Shown piece after piece: positions 1 through 10,003 of a stretch of DNA of 64,000 bases; the first letter of the stretch is position 1; each line of letters starts with the position of its first letter. Source of the DNA: a bacterium. Lineage in GTDB: Bacteria > Electryoneota > JAOADG01. Under the pieces are notes generated by a model. That model was not told where the DNA came from. It ran no database searches and saw only the letters and a list, made by a program, of their open reading frames with translations. The stretch is from the NCBI GenBank assembly GCA_963681965.1, contig OY820579.1, forward strand, positions 1,152,001 to 1,216,000, given 5' to 3'. The translations under genes and the position numbers were made by a program.

Positions 1-2
1 TG

Positions 3-599
3 GGCGGCTACGGTAGTGGTGGCGGTGGCGGCGGATACGGTGTTGCCGGTCTCGGTGGTACTGGTTCCGGAGCCGATCTATCAAAACTGAATGTACTTGG
101 TACCGGTGCTCGTGAAGCAGCGATGGCGCAAAAGCTCGGACCGGGTGGTAAGTATGTTGCTCAAGCTGCAGCAGGCGGTAAGCTCCGCTTAACCGATCTG
201 AAACCTGAAGATATCGATGCAATCGTACGCAAAGCGCAAGTTCGCGTTTCGAATGCCCCCGGTATTTCCGGTGCACAAAAAGCTACTTCTGCTAAAGGTC
301 GTGCGGCAGCAGATATTCAATCGAAGGTGTCGGGATACTCGAATCAGATCAAGACTTGCTTCCAGACGTTCCTCCGTCGTGATCCGAATCTGGCAGGTGA
401 AGTACGGTTTGCCTTTACAATTAAACCGAATGGAACCGTCTCCAGTGCAAAGATCAACGAAAGCAACTGGTCAGATACGAGCCTTGGTCGACAGGTCGAA
501 AGCTGTATCCGTGAACGTGTCCAATCTTGGCGATTCGATCAGATCGATCCGTCGAGTGGTGATATTACCGTGAATTATTCATACGTATTTTCACGGTAG
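3..599 (+). CDS. AgmX/PglI-type TonB C-terminal domain protein, 5'-truncated by the window edge
   Basis: The frame is open from position 3 (Gly-rich GGYGSGGGGG...). The C-terminus 'IKTCFQTFLRRDPNLAGEVRFAFTIKPNGTV...VESCIRERVQSWRF' fits the AgmX/GltG-like TonB_C domain. Confidence 0.7.
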   Translation, partial: GGYGSGGGGGGYGVAGLGGTGSGADLSKLNVLGTGAREAAMAQKLGPGGKYVAQAAAGGKLRLTDLKPEDIDAIVRKAQVRVSNAPGISGAQKATSAKGRAAADIQSKVSGYSNQIKTCFQTFLRRDPNLAGEVRFAFTIKPNGTVSSAKINESNWSDTSLGRQVESCIRERVQSWRFDQIDPSSGDITVNYSYVFSR

Positions 600-653
600 G
601 AGGAGCTTCGGTCACGTTTGACCATGGGTAAGAGACCCTAAGAAAAATATATG

Positions 654-692
654 ACCGGGAACCGAAGCTCCTTCGGTTCCCGGTATTGTTTT
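654..692 (+). terminator. Intrinsic terminator-like hairpin
   Basis: Perfect 14-bp stem ACCGGGAACCGAAG/CTTCGGTTCCCGGT followed by ATTGTTTT. Confidence 0.65.
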
Positions 693-752
693 ATCCTATC
701 GTTCCTTTTTTCGAAGATTGCAGTCATCATAATTCAGAATGGTATAGGGATC

Positions 753-2501
753 ATGTTACGAACACACTACTGCGGGGATTTGCGAAAAGAATATACCGGT
801 AACCTAGTAACCGTATGCGGTTGGGTTGATCGAATCAGAAATCTGGGTGGACTACTCTTTATCGATTTGCGTGATCGCGAAGGTATAGTGCAAATCTCCA
901 TTCCAACTGGCGAATTGACTGCAAAAGCCGAAACAATCGGTCGCGAATATGTGATTCGAGTCGATGGTCGGATTTCAGTTCGACCAAATCCCAATCCGAA
1001 GCTCTCGACTGGCGAGATTGAAATCATCGCTTCCAATTTGGAGATCCTTTCGACTGCAGATACCCCGCCGTATGAACTGGACGAACCGAATATCAGCGAA
1101 GAACTTCGACTGAAGTATCGATACTTCGATCTCCGGCGACAGGAATTAGCCCGAAATTTACGACTTCGATCGAAAGCCGCGACAATCGTTCGAAATTACT
1201 TCGATGAATTAGGTTTCGTGGAAGTGGAAACGCCGGTACTGATGCGCTCGACACCCGAAGGTGCCCGCGATTATATCGTTCCATCACGGATTCATCACGG
1301 CTCGTTTTATGCCCTTCCCCAGTCACCACAGCAATACAAACAGTTGTTGATGGTTGCGGGAATGGATCGCTATTATCAAATTGTGAAATGCTTTCGCGAC
1401 GAAGATTTGCGTGCTGACAGGCAACCGGAGTTTACCCAGATCGACGTCGAGATGTCATTTGTCGAACAGGATGACGTACTTGTGGTGGGCGAAGAGATGA
1501 TTCGCAAGATCTTGCGAACAATCGCCAACTATGAACTCCCTACAATAGGACGAATGACCTATGCCGAAGCGATGATGCGATTTGGCAGCGATAAACCCGA
1601 TCTGCGATTTGGAATGGAAATCGAAACAGTAACGGAACTATTCCACAATTGCGGTTTTAAAGGGTTTGATGATGTAATATCCGCAACTGGACACGTAGCC
1701 GGTATTAAGATTCCCGGCGCGGCTTCGGCGTCGCGAAAAGTAACCGATGGTTGGCAGGATGCTGCTAAGAAACTAGGTCTTGCGGGTGTCGTTACTTTCA
1801 AGAAGACCGCCGAAGGGGTTACTTCTTCGATTGGAAAATTCCTGACTCCGGAGACAATTGCTGCAGTGGAACATCATTTTGCGATGTCGGAAGGCGATCT
1901 CGTGGCTTTGGCAGCAAACATTTCATCAAAGCTATATCCAGCGCTGGGTACTTTACGGCTACAATGGGCACGCGAATTTAATCAGATCGATCGCTCAAAA
2001 TGGGCAGCGTTATGGGTAACAGATTTCCCGTTATTGGAATGGGATGAGGAAGGTAAACGCTGGTCCGCGATGCATCATCCGTTTACCTCGCCGAACAATC
2101 CCAGCGAGTTTGTTGAATTGGTTAATTCCGGTGGTGACTTGAGTAATGTGACTGCCAAGGCATATGACATTGTACTAAATGGAAACGAAATTGGCGGCGG
2201 TTCGATTCGTAATCATCGTCCCGATGTACAACAGGCGATGTTTCAGGCAATCGGAATGTCCGAGGAACAGGCGAAGAACAAGTTCGGATTCTTCTTGGAA
2301 GCATTGACCTATGGCACGCCACCGCACGGTGGTATCGCATTCGGTTGGGATCGGATTGTCGCATTGCTTTGTGGCTGCGACAATATCCGCGACGTAATTG
2401 CTTTCCCAAAGACGACTGCGGCTTCGTCATTGATGGATGGCTGTCCCTCTTCAGTTTCGCCTGAGCAATTATCCGAATTGGGCATTAAAGTAGTCGAATA
2501 A
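753..2501 (+). CDS. aspS: Aspartate--tRNA ligase
   Basis: Starts MLRTHYCG. Motifs TPEGARDY, LPQSPQ, CFRDEDLRADRQPEFTQID, PPHGGIAFG and IRDVIAFPKT. Confidence 0.97.
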   Translation: MLRTHYCGDLRKEYTGNLVTVCGWVDRIRNLGGLLFIDLRDREGIVQISIPTGELTAKAETIGREYVIRVDGRISVRPNPNPKLSTGEIEIIASNLEILSTADTPPYELDEPNISEELRLKYRYFDLRRQELARNLRLRSKAATIVRNYFDELGFVEVETPVLMRSTPEGARDYIVPSRIHHGSFYALPQSPQQYKQLLMVAGMDRYYQIVKCFRDEDLRADRQPEFTQIDVEMSFVEQDDVLVVGEEMIRKILRTIANYELPTIGRMTYAEAMMRFGSDKPDLRFGMEIETVTELFHNCGFKGFDDVISATGHVAGIKIPGAASASRKVTDGWQDAAKKLGLAGVVTFKKTAEGVTSSIGKFLTPETIAAVEHHFAMSEGDLVALAANISSKLYPALGTLRLQWAREFNQIDRSKWAALWVTDFPLLEWDEEGKRWSAMHHPFTSPNNPSEFVELVNSGGDLSNVTAKAYDIVLNGNEIGGGSIRNHRPDVQQAMFQAIGMSEEQAKNKFGFFLEALTYGTPPHGGIAFGWDRIVALLCGCDNIRDVIAFPKTTAASSLMDGCPSSVSPEQLSELGIKVVE

Positions 2502-2537
2502 TTTCTGAATAATACTAGAATATTCAATAATATCGAT

Positions 2538-3581
2538 ATGAATTCGCGAAAGACAGCAACACCAAAACGAAACGCTTTAAAATTGCAGCGATGGGAAATC
2601 TCGCTGGGTGATGTCATCGGTCCTGAATTGTTGGGTCCAAACGATAGCCATATTCGCTATCTCGAGCAGTATTTCGTTTCTACCTTCTCTGTTCGAGGCA
2701 ACAAATTACTGGTGAATGGACCGGTTCAGGAACGCGAGTTGATCGAAACTGTGTTCCGCGACTTGTTAGCGATTCGAATCGATCGTAAGGAGTCGGTACT
2801 GAGTGATGATGTAAAAACCGCAGTAGCATTGGCATCGGAACGCCATCAACGAAAACCTCAGGAACCAGATTTACCGCCAGTTGCGACGATTGTTGAAGAA
2901 AATGCGATGGTTCGGATTTCACCGTTGTTGCGAAAACCGATTCAACCGCGAAGCAAAAATCAATATAATTATCTCGAGTTAATTCACGATTACTCGATCG
3001 TATTCGCAACGGGTCCTGCCGGATCGGGAAAAACCTATCTAGCCGTTGCAGCAGCCGTTACAGCCTTGCTGGAAGGGGATGTTGAACGGATTATTTTAGT
3101 GCGTCCTGCGGTCGAAGCAGGAGAGCATCTCGGTTTTTTACCGGGCGACTTGAAAGAGAAAGTCGACCCGTATTTTCGTCCGATCTACGATGCACTGATG
3201 GATATGCTACCGGCTGAGAAACTGAAACGGATGCTGTACAGCGGGATGATCGAGATTGCACCGTTGGCGTACATGCGCGGTCGAACGTTGAGCAATGCAT
3301 TTGTGATTTTGGATGAAGCCCAAAATACTACCAGCGCACAGATGAAAATGTTCTTAACCCGGATTGGACGGGGTTCGCATGCGGTAATCACCGGAGATTT
3401 AACGCAAATCGATCTCCCAAACGGTGTTTCGTCGGGATTGCCGGAAGCGCTTTCGATTTTGGATCGGGTATCGGGTATTGCGGAAATTGAATTATCGTCT
3501 GAAGATATTGTGCGACACGGTTTAGTGATCGAAATTGTGGAAGCATATAATCGTCAAAAACGATTGCGCTCGAGCGAATAG
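2538..3581 (+). CDS. phoH: PhoH family ATPase (YbeZ-like)
   Basis: GPAGSGKTYLA, RPAVEAGE-LGFLPGD, APLAYMRGRTL, LDEAQN, GDLTQIDL. Confidence 0.93.
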   Translation: MNSRKTATPKRNALKLQRWEISLGDVIGPELLGPNDSHIRYLEQYFVSTFSVRGNKLLVNGPVQERELIETVFRDLLAIRIDRKESVLSDDVKTAVALASERHQRKPQEPDLPPVATIVEENAMVRISPLLRKPIQPRSKNQYNYLELIHDYSIVFATGPAGSGKTYLAVAAAVTALLEGDVERIILVRPAVEAGEHLGFLPGDLKEKVDPYFRPIYDALMDMLPAEKLKRMLYSGMIEIAPLAYMRGRTLSNAFVILDEAQNTTSAQMKMFLTRIGRGSHAVITGDLTQIDLPNGVSSGLPEALSILDRVSGIAEIELSSEDIVRHGLVIEIVEAYNRQKRLRSSE

Positions 3582-3626
3582 ATTTGTTGCACTGAGTAGG
3601 TCCGGAGAATTTGTTGGAACAACTGA

Positions 3627-5849
3627 ATGAATAGCGTACCATCCTTCAAACCGCTTTTTTCCGTGTCATGGCGAACTCAATTCGTCCGATGGATGCTATT
3701 ACTCGTTGTAACGCTGCTATTAACCGTTCTCTTACCGAGTCCCTTTGGCAATGAATATGCCGATCTGCGCGAGGGTGCAGTCTCCTCACGCGATGTGGAT
3801 GCCCCGTTCGATTTCGAAATATTAAAAGATGCAGATAAGTTGGCGCAGGAGCGATTCGATGCACGTCGAACGGTTCCACCGGTTGTTGAGTTTAACGATT
3901 CGTTAACTCGAAAATTAAAACAACAATTTTCGGTAACTTCCAATCGTCTCGAGACCGAACTACACGACTTGTCGGCGTCGGCGACTCTATCACCCGATAC
4001 TGCCGTTCGAACCATCGTCGAGTCGATCTTTACCGAATCCCGCTTTTATTTGCCCCGCGAAACAGCGGAATGGTTAATTGAGAAATATCTTAGTGATTCG
4101 CGTTCAATCGTTGATGCTCTCCAACGCTGGCGGCAACTGCAGTCGGCGATTTTAGCACAGGGAATTTTTCACGATCGATCCGAAACCGCAGATTCAGTTG
4201 TCATGGCGAAAGATGGCAATACTACCAAGCGCCGATCGATCGACAGCTATATTCTCGAAAGTGAATTGCAGGAAACGATCCTGTCGAAGCTCCGCGAGCA
4301 AGAACCCTCGGAGGAAATGATTCGCGCTGCCTATGCGCTTCTTCGACCGATGCTGGTAGCAAATTGGAATTACAATGCGGAAGAGACGGATCGGTTGCGT
4401 GATGCCGCAGCAGTGAATGTACCATCGGCGCAAGGAATCGTCTTAAAGGGTGAGCGTATCATCGATCGTGGAAAGCGGATCGATGAAAAACAGATTTCGG
4501 TTCTCCGTTCGCTGCTGGTTAAACGCGATGAATTATACGCTTATCGCGGTTTCTGGGGACAATTTCTACCGCGATTGGGAATTGCCCTTTCAATTTTCGC
4601 AATTTTCTTCATTTGGTCGTCGTTACTGTTACTGATGCGCCCGCATCGGATGCGACGAATATCCGACCTGTTACTGGCACTGATGTTGTTAGCGGCTCCG
4701 ATTTTCATTCTGGCGCGAGGAATTTTACCGGCTGAATGGTCGACGCTCTATTTCCCTGCCGGTGCATTCATTATGTCTATTGCGATTCTGTTCGATGTTG
4801 AAATTGCCTTAATCGCAGTCGGAATGCTAGCCGGATTAGCGGGCATCGTCGGTGAAGGACGATTGTCACTGGTGCTGTATGCGGTTTTTTCCGGTGTAAC
4901 ACCATTGGCGATTGTCGGACGGGTAACCACGCGCGGTCACTTATTCCGTGCGACTCCGGTCGTGTTAGTAGCTTCGACAATCCTGGTCGTTTCCCGAGCT
5001 GCTTCGGAAATGATGTGGTCGCTTGAGACGACTCAGGATGTGATCGCCGGGGCAGTCATGTCGGCGGCAACGCCGTTGCTAGTATTTGGCATCGTTTATC
5101 TTGCCGAAAAAATGTTTCGCGTAACAACCGATCTTACCTATCTAGAACTTTCCGACTTCAATCGTCCAATTCTAAGACGTCTGGCGTTCGAAGCGCCGGG
5201 CACTTTCCATCATTCGATCCTGGTAGGCGCATTGTCCGAAGCCGCCGCACGTGCAGTCGGTGGTAATCCTGTTCTAGCTCGTTGTGCCGCGTATTATCAC
5301 GATATTGGGAAACTGGATGCTCGCGACTTCTTTATCGAGAATCAATCCGAGAAAAGTAATCCCCATGAGGAACTGACGCCGGTGGAATCGGCAGAAATTC
5401 TTCGAAATCATGTTCTGCGGGGAATCGAAATGGCGCGCGAGTTACATCTTCCCAGTGAAGTCGTAGCCGCTATTCCTGAACATCACGGAACAATGGTGAT
5501 GACATTCTTTCACAACCGCGCTTTACATCAACAAAACGCTGTTGATGAAAATGATTATCGTTACCGCGGTCCTCGACCCCGCTCGAAAGAGACCGCTATC
5601 CTGATGCTGGCTGATGGTTGCGAAGCGGTCAGCAGAACGCTGAAAGACGCTGGAAAAGAAGAATTGCGGAAAGCGATCCGGTCGATAATTCGCGAGCGGA
5701 TGGGTGATGGTCAGTTAGATCACGCCCCCTTGACGTTTTTAGAGTTGCGTCGAATTGAATCGGCATTTGTGACGGTCCTGGATGGGATTATGCACAAACG
5801 AATAACTTATCCGCAGCCGGCTCAATATTCACCGAAGGCAGTAACATGA
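3627..5849 (+). CDS. 7TM-HD/HDIG membrane phosphohydrolase (PgpH-like, possible c-di-AMP phosphodiesterase)
   Basis: Extracellular domain, about 7 TM segments, APGTFHHS, YYHDIGK, EHHGT, YRYRGPRPRSKE and MLAD. Conserved phoH-HD-ybeY context. Confidence 0.9.
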   Translation: MNSVPSFKPLFSVSWRTQFVRWMLLLVVTLLLTVLLPSPFGNEYADLREGAVSSRDVDAPFDFEILKDADKLAQERFDARRTVPPVVEFNDSLTRKLKQQFSVTSNRLETELHDLSASATLSPDTAVRTIVESIFTESRFYLPRETAEWLIEKYLSDSRSIVDALQRWRQLQSAILAQGIFHDRSETADSVVMAKDGNTTKRRSIDSYILESELQETILSKLREQEPSEEMIRAAYALLRPMLVANWNYNAEETDRLRDAAAVNVPSAQGIVLKGERIIDRGKRIDEKQISVLRSLLVKRDELYAYRGFWGQFLPRLGIALSIFAIFFIWSSLLLLMRPHRMRRISDLLLALMLLAAPIFILARGILPAEWSTLYFPAGAFIMSIAILFDVEIALIAVGMLAGLAGIVGEGRLSLVLYAVFSGVTPLAIVGRVTTRGHLFRATPVVLVASTILVVSRAASEMMWSLETTQDVIAGAVMSAATPLLVFGIVYLAEKMFRVTTDLTYLELSDFNRPILRRLAFEAPGTFHHSILVGALSEAAARAVGGNPVLARCAAYYHDIGKLDARDFFIENQSEKSNPHEELTPVESAEILRNHVLRGIEMARELHLPSEVVAAIPEHHGTMVMTFFHNRALHQQNAVDENDYRYRGPRPRSKETAILMLADGCEAVSRTLKDAGKEELRKAIRSIIRERMGDGQLDHAPLTFLELRRIESAFVTVLDGIMHKRITYPQPAQYSPKAVT

Positions 5850-6274
5850 TCGACATTGCCAATGAACACCCCTGCCGACGGGTCGACCGAAAAATATTGG
5901 CTTCGCTGCTTACAAAAACGGTAAGAGCGGAACGGCGAAAAGCCGGTACAATTTCGGTAATATTGGTTACTGACAAGAAAATCAGTGAATTACATAGTAA
6001 ATTCTTACATGATTCATCGGCAACCGACGTGATTACCTTTGATTTGTCACTTTCTGAAGAACTGGAAGGTGATATTGTGATTTCGTTGGACACTGCGGCT
6101 CGGCAAGCAAAGGATTACGGTGTTACATTACGTGAAGAAACCGGACGATTAGCTATTCACGGTATTCTGCATTTGTGTGGGTATCGCGATCGATCGAAAC
6201 AGTTGCGTGCAGCGATGCACCTGCGTGAAAACTTCCATCTGCAACAAGCAGGTTGGTTAACAAGCAAAGAGTAG
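5846..6274 (+). CDS. ybeY: rRNA maturation RNase YbeY
   Basis: TDVITF, GDIVIS and HGILHLCGY motifs. ATGA overlap with the upstream gene. Confidence 0.92.
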   Translation: MIDIANEHPCRRVDRKILASLLTKTVRAERRKAGTISVILVTDKKISELHSKFLHDSSATDVITFDLSLSEELEGDIVISLDTAARQAKDYGVTLREETGRLAIHGILHLCGYRDRSKQLRAAMHLRENFHLQQAGWLTSKE

Positions 6275-6289
6275 ATAAGAGTTATAATT

Positions 6290-7561
6290 GTGATCGATGT
6301 AATTTTGGTCGTGACAATTGTCGTAATGTTAGGCTGTGCAACGTTTTTTTCCGCAGCCGAAGTAGCATTGTTTTCACTCTCGCGTCAAATGATTGCCCGA
6401 TGGCGCGATGAGAACGACAATACTTCCCGACGCCTGGCAAAACTCTTGGATCGACCGCGTGAGTTGGTTTTGACATCATTAGTCGGGTATTCCGCTTCGA
6501 TTACTGTAGTAGTCATTGCAGCTATCTTTTTAACCCGACATATTTTCAGTGGCTTTGGTTTTGAAAAACAGATCTCATTGTTTTTCTGTTTGTTAGTGAT
6601 TATTCCGTTAATCGTGCTATTTGGAAATTTGATTCCGCGTATCGTTTCGCTATCGAATCCGGAAAAGATTGCCAGGAAGCTTTCTTTACCACTTTTGTTC
6701 AGTTACTTTGCATTTACACCGATCACTTGGTTCTTTGGGATAATTTCGGGTGGGTTGGCTCGGATAATGGGAATAGAGCGGGAACGCTTGACGATGTCTG
6801 CCAGTCAGTTGGATGCTTTGATTGAAGTGGAAGAACAACACGAGGAAATCAACGCGTCGGAACGGGAGATGATCCAAGCAGTGATCGAAATCCGCGACAA
6901 GCCTACTCGAGAAATCATGGTTCCGCGGATCGATATGGTTGGAATCAGCATCGAAACAACTCTTCCGGAAGCAATTGCTGTGGTAAGAGAGTCGATGCAC
7001 AGCCGGATCCCAGTGTACGATGGAACCATCGATAATATCGTTGGCGTGTTGTATGCAAAGGATTTATTGAAAGAAATTCCCGAAGATGCAACGCTTCGGA
7101 ATTTCTTGCGGGAACCTTACTTTGTTCCCGACAATAAACATATTAACGAATTGCTGAAAGAATTCCAGAAGAAACGATTACACTTGGCAATTGTCGTCGA
7201 TGAATACGGTGGTGTTGCAGGTGTTGTTACTCTTGAAGATATTTTAGAAGAGATTATCGGTGAAATTCAGGATGAGTACGATCAAGAAACCCCATCCGTG
7301 ATGAAAGTATCCGATCGGGAATGGTTGGTCGAAGGGCGATTGTCTGTAGCCGATTTAAACGAGACGTTCGGCGAAACTGTAATCTCTGAATCCGAGGACT
7401 TTGAAACGATTGGTGGATTCCTGAACTCGATTGCAGGTCGAGTACCGAATATCGGCGATTCTTTCTTAGAAGGGCAATGGCGATTTACAGTGGATAAACG
7501 TGCGGAAAACCGAATTCAATCGGTTCGTATTGAGCGTGAATCGGTGGTAAACGAGGCATAG
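6290..7561 (+). CDS. Hemolysin-family CNNM/CBS/CorC domain protein
   Basis: FFSAAEVALFSL DUF21 TM region, CBS pair (IMVPR, HSRIPVY, VVDEYGG...TLEDILEEIIGEIQDEYD) and CorC C-terminal domain. Confidence 0.92.
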   Translation: MIDVILVVTIVVMLGCATFFSAAEVALFSLSRQMIARWRDENDNTSRRLAKLLDRPRELVLTSLVGYSASITVVVIAAIFLTRHIFSGFGFEKQISLFFCLLVIIPLIVLFGNLIPRIVSLSNPEKIARKLSLPLLFSYFAFTPITWFFGIISGGLARIMGIERERLTMSASQLDALIEVEEQHEEINASEREMIQAVIEIRDKPTREIMVPRIDMVGISIETTLPEAIAVVRESMHSRIPVYDGTIDNIVGVLYAKDLLKEIPEDATLRNFLREPYFVPDNKHINELLKEFQKKRLHLAIVVDEYGGVAGVVTLEDILEEIIGEIQDEYDQETPSVMKVSDREWLVEGRLSVADLNETFGETVISESEDFETIGGFLNSIAGRVPNIGDSFLEGQWRFTVDKRAENRIQSVRIERESVVNEA

Positions 7562-7562
7562 A

Positions 7563-8117
7563 ATGGGTTATTTTCGCGATTTCTGGCATCGTTATGGTTA
7601 TCGTTATTTTTTTAAACGATATCGCTCGGTGTGGGGTGAACCACCGAAGTTTGCATATCGTCGAGGAATTCTACCATCTAAGATTTTAGTATGTTTACCG
7701 CCGTTGAATGGACCGATTCAAGAGGCGGTTCGAGCTATCACATGGCTCCCCAATTTTTTTCCCGCAGCCGAGATACGCATCGTTCATTACGACGAAGTTG
7801 CGGGAAGTATTCCGATTCAATTCCGGTCTTGGGGAGTTCTTGAGAAGAGTCATTTCAATTCGTTCGGGTTACCGAAACGATCTTTTTTGGAAGAAATTCG
7901 GAGCTGGGAAGCGGATTTATCGATCGATCTTTCCGATCCCGCGAACGAAGTAACCGATTTAATTTGTGCGACTTCCGGAAGCAAATGGCATGCTGCACTC
8001 TTGAGTGAAGCCAGCCGGTTTGTTTCATCGGGCAATATTTTAATTTTCCCGTTACCGAATACTTCTCGTCAAGAACGGTACGGTGTATTACTCCGGTATT
8101 TAGCACCGGAAAAATAA
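7563..8117 (+). CDS. Hypothetical protein (weak GT9/DUF6913-like)
   Basis: Starts 1 nt after the previous stop. Contains 'KILVCLP' and 'ADLSIDLS'. Confidence 0.6.
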   Translation: MGYFRDFWHRYGYRYFFKRYRSVWGEPPKFAYRRGILPSKILVCLPPLNGPIQEAVRAITWLPNFFPAAEIRIVHYDEVAGSIPIQFRSWGVLEKSHFNSFGLPKRSFLEEIRSWEADLSIDLSDPANEVTDLICATSGSKWHAALLSEASRFVSSGNILIFPLPNTSRQERYGVLLRYLAPEK

Positions 8118-8169
8118 ATTGAATTCAGATTTTGGATTCAATCAATCGAAGTTTACTTGAACGAGTTTT

Positions 8170-8412
8170 TGATTCGTCTCAAGCGGAGTGGACACCTGTT
8201 CGACAAGAGCAGGCTGGGTAAATAGTGAAGCCAATCGGCTTCAGTGGAGCAGCGGATGAGCTGGTTCTGGTTACGGACGATTCTAATGATGCTTCTGCCA
8301 AGCATGGCTGGAGGAGCATTCCAAGCAGTTACCGAATCAGGCACCGCTAGAACGGGGAGAAAACGGCACCAGCCCGGTTGGCTGCGGCATGCCTGCGTCC
8401 CCCGGAGAGAAA
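8170..8412 (+). promoter_or_regulatory. Structured GC-rich 5' leader of the RNase E/G gene
   Basis: Several stems: CCTGTTC/GAGCAGG, TGAAGCC/GGCTTCA, AGCGG/CCGCT and CTGGTTC/GAATCAG. Confidence 0.5.
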
Positions 8413-9948
8413 ATGAAGAAGGAAATTATCATCAACTCAACGTCGAGCGAGACCCGCATCGCCCTCCTGGAAGACGAGCAATTGGTCGAACTCTTCGTCG
8501 AACGCCCCGAGAACGAGCGGACGGTTGGCGACATCTACCTTGGGAAAGTCCGCAAGGTCATCGAAGGAATGCGGGCGGCCTTTGTCGATATTGGATGGAA
8601 TCAGGATGCATTCCTGCATTTTTCCGATGTCGGTTCCGGTGCGCTGTCGCTTGAAAACTTAGCCGATTCTCTTTCCGAAGAGGACATCGAACTCGATGAT
8701 CGAGGGCGTGCCGAACGAGCCAAGCTGAATGTCGGCGAGAACATCCTCGTCCAGATCATCAAAGAACCGATCGGAACGAAAGGTCCCCGAATAACCAGCC
8801 AGATTGCGTTACCCGGTCGATTTTGTGTGTTGATGCCGGGAGAGAAATCGATCGGTGTTTCACGTAGAGTTTCCGATTATCGCGAACGTCGACGATTGAA
8901 GTCTACTGCTTCAGAACTTCGCCCCGAAGGGTGCGGATTGATTATTCGAACCGTCGCTGAGAACAAAGACGAAGCCGCTGTTCGAGCCGATGTCGACGCA
9001 CTCTATAAATTCTGGAAAATGATTGAGCGGAAGTCCAATAGCGCACCAGCCCCCAGTCTCATTTACAAAGATGTATCGCTAGCTAGTTCGGTTATCCGCG
9101 ATCTATTTACCAGCGACATCGATCATCTCGTTGTCGATAGCAAAGCACTCTACCGCGAAATTGAAGAATATTTAAAGCACGTCGCTCCCAATTTGTTGGA
9201 CCGATTAAGTATCTACAATGGACAAGCCCCGATTTTCGACTACTACCGGATCGAAAGCGAAATTGAAAAAACGATTGCTCGAAAAGTCTGGTTGAAGGGG
9301 GGCGGGTATGTCATCATCGACCACACTGAGGCATTGGTTACGGTCGACGTCAACAGTGGTCGCTATGTCGGCAAAAAGAATCACGAAGAAAACTCGTTAC
9401 AGGTAAACCTGATGGCGGCAAAAGAAATTTGTCGACAGCTCCGGTTGCGAGACATTGGCGGTATCATCGTGATCGACTTCATTGACCTGTGGGAAGACAA
9501 GAATCGCAAGCGGGTCGAAGATGAAATGCGTCGCGAACTCAAGAAAGATCGCGCAAAATCCGATTTAGCGCCAATCAGTCAATTTGGTCTATTGGAAATG
9601 ACTCGGCAACGTATCAAACCATCGTTGATTTACACCTTTAATTCACCCTGCCCCACCTGCGAAGGGAGTGGCTTGGTTGCATCGAAAGAGACGGTCATGA
9701 CTGCAATCGAGCGCTGGGTAAAGCGTTTCCGCTACTCTACTCGCGAACGTCGACTGAGATTGCAAGTCCATCCCGATGTTTACGGTTACGTGACGGGTGG
9801 TTTGAAGAGTCGAATCAATCAATTGATGTGGCGAAATCGTGTTTTAATTACTATGGTCGCGGATCCAACGGTAAAAAACGATACATTTCATGTCTGGAGT
9901 TATCGACAGAAGCGCGATATTACCAACGATTATCTTCAAGGCAGTTAA
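8413..9948 (+). CDS. Rne/Rng family ribonuclease
   Basis: GDIYLGKV S1 domain, AAFVDIG, VDVNSG, RQLRLRDIGGIIVIDFID and CPTCEG. GGAGAG RBS before ATG 8413. Confidence 0.95.
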   Translation: MKKEIIINSTSSETRIALLEDEQLVELFVERPENERTVGDIYLGKVRKVIEGMRAAFVDIGWNQDAFLHFSDVGSGALSLENLADSLSEEDIELDDRGRAERAKLNVGENILVQIIKEPIGTKGPRITSQIALPGRFCVLMPGEKSIGVSRRVSDYRERRRLKSTASELRPEGCGLIIRTVAENKDEAAVRADVDALYKFWKMIERKSNSAPAPSLIYKDVSLASSVIRDLFTSDIDHLVVDSKALYREIEEYLKHVAPNLLDRLSIYNGQAPIFDYYRIESEIEKTIARKVWLKGGGYVIIDHTEALVTVDVNSGRYVGKKNHEENSLQVNLMAAKEICRQLRLRDIGGIIVIDFIDLWEDKNRKRVEDEMRRELKKDRAKSDLAPISQFGLLEMTRQRIKPSLIYTFNSPCPTCEGSGLVASKETVMTAIERWVKRFRYSTRERRLRLQVHPDVYGYVTGGLKSRINQLMWRNRVLITMVADPTVKNDTFHVWSYRQKRDITNDYLQGS

Positions 9949-9972
9949 TCGCTCAATCAATCTGGAAGTTGG

Positions 9973-10003
9973 AAGGGGTGGGGTAATCCACCCCTTTTAT
10001 TTT
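9973..10003 (+). terminator. Intrinsic terminator
   Basis: AAGGGGTGG/CCACCCCTT stem followed by a T-rich tract. Confidence 0.75.

Noticed and set aside
651-752. N-terminal extension of AspS in the ORF track
   Set aside because: It overlaps the terminator hairpin, and homology begins at MLRTHYCG (ATG 753).
8170-8412. RNase P RNA, tmRNA or 6S RNA
   Set aside because: There is no GAGGAAAGTCC motif, no tRNA-like ends and no single rod with a central bubble. Kept only as an unassigned leader.
8244-8654. 136-aa ORF overlapping the RNase E/G leader
   Set aside because: It overlaps the real gene in another frame and has no recognisable motifs.
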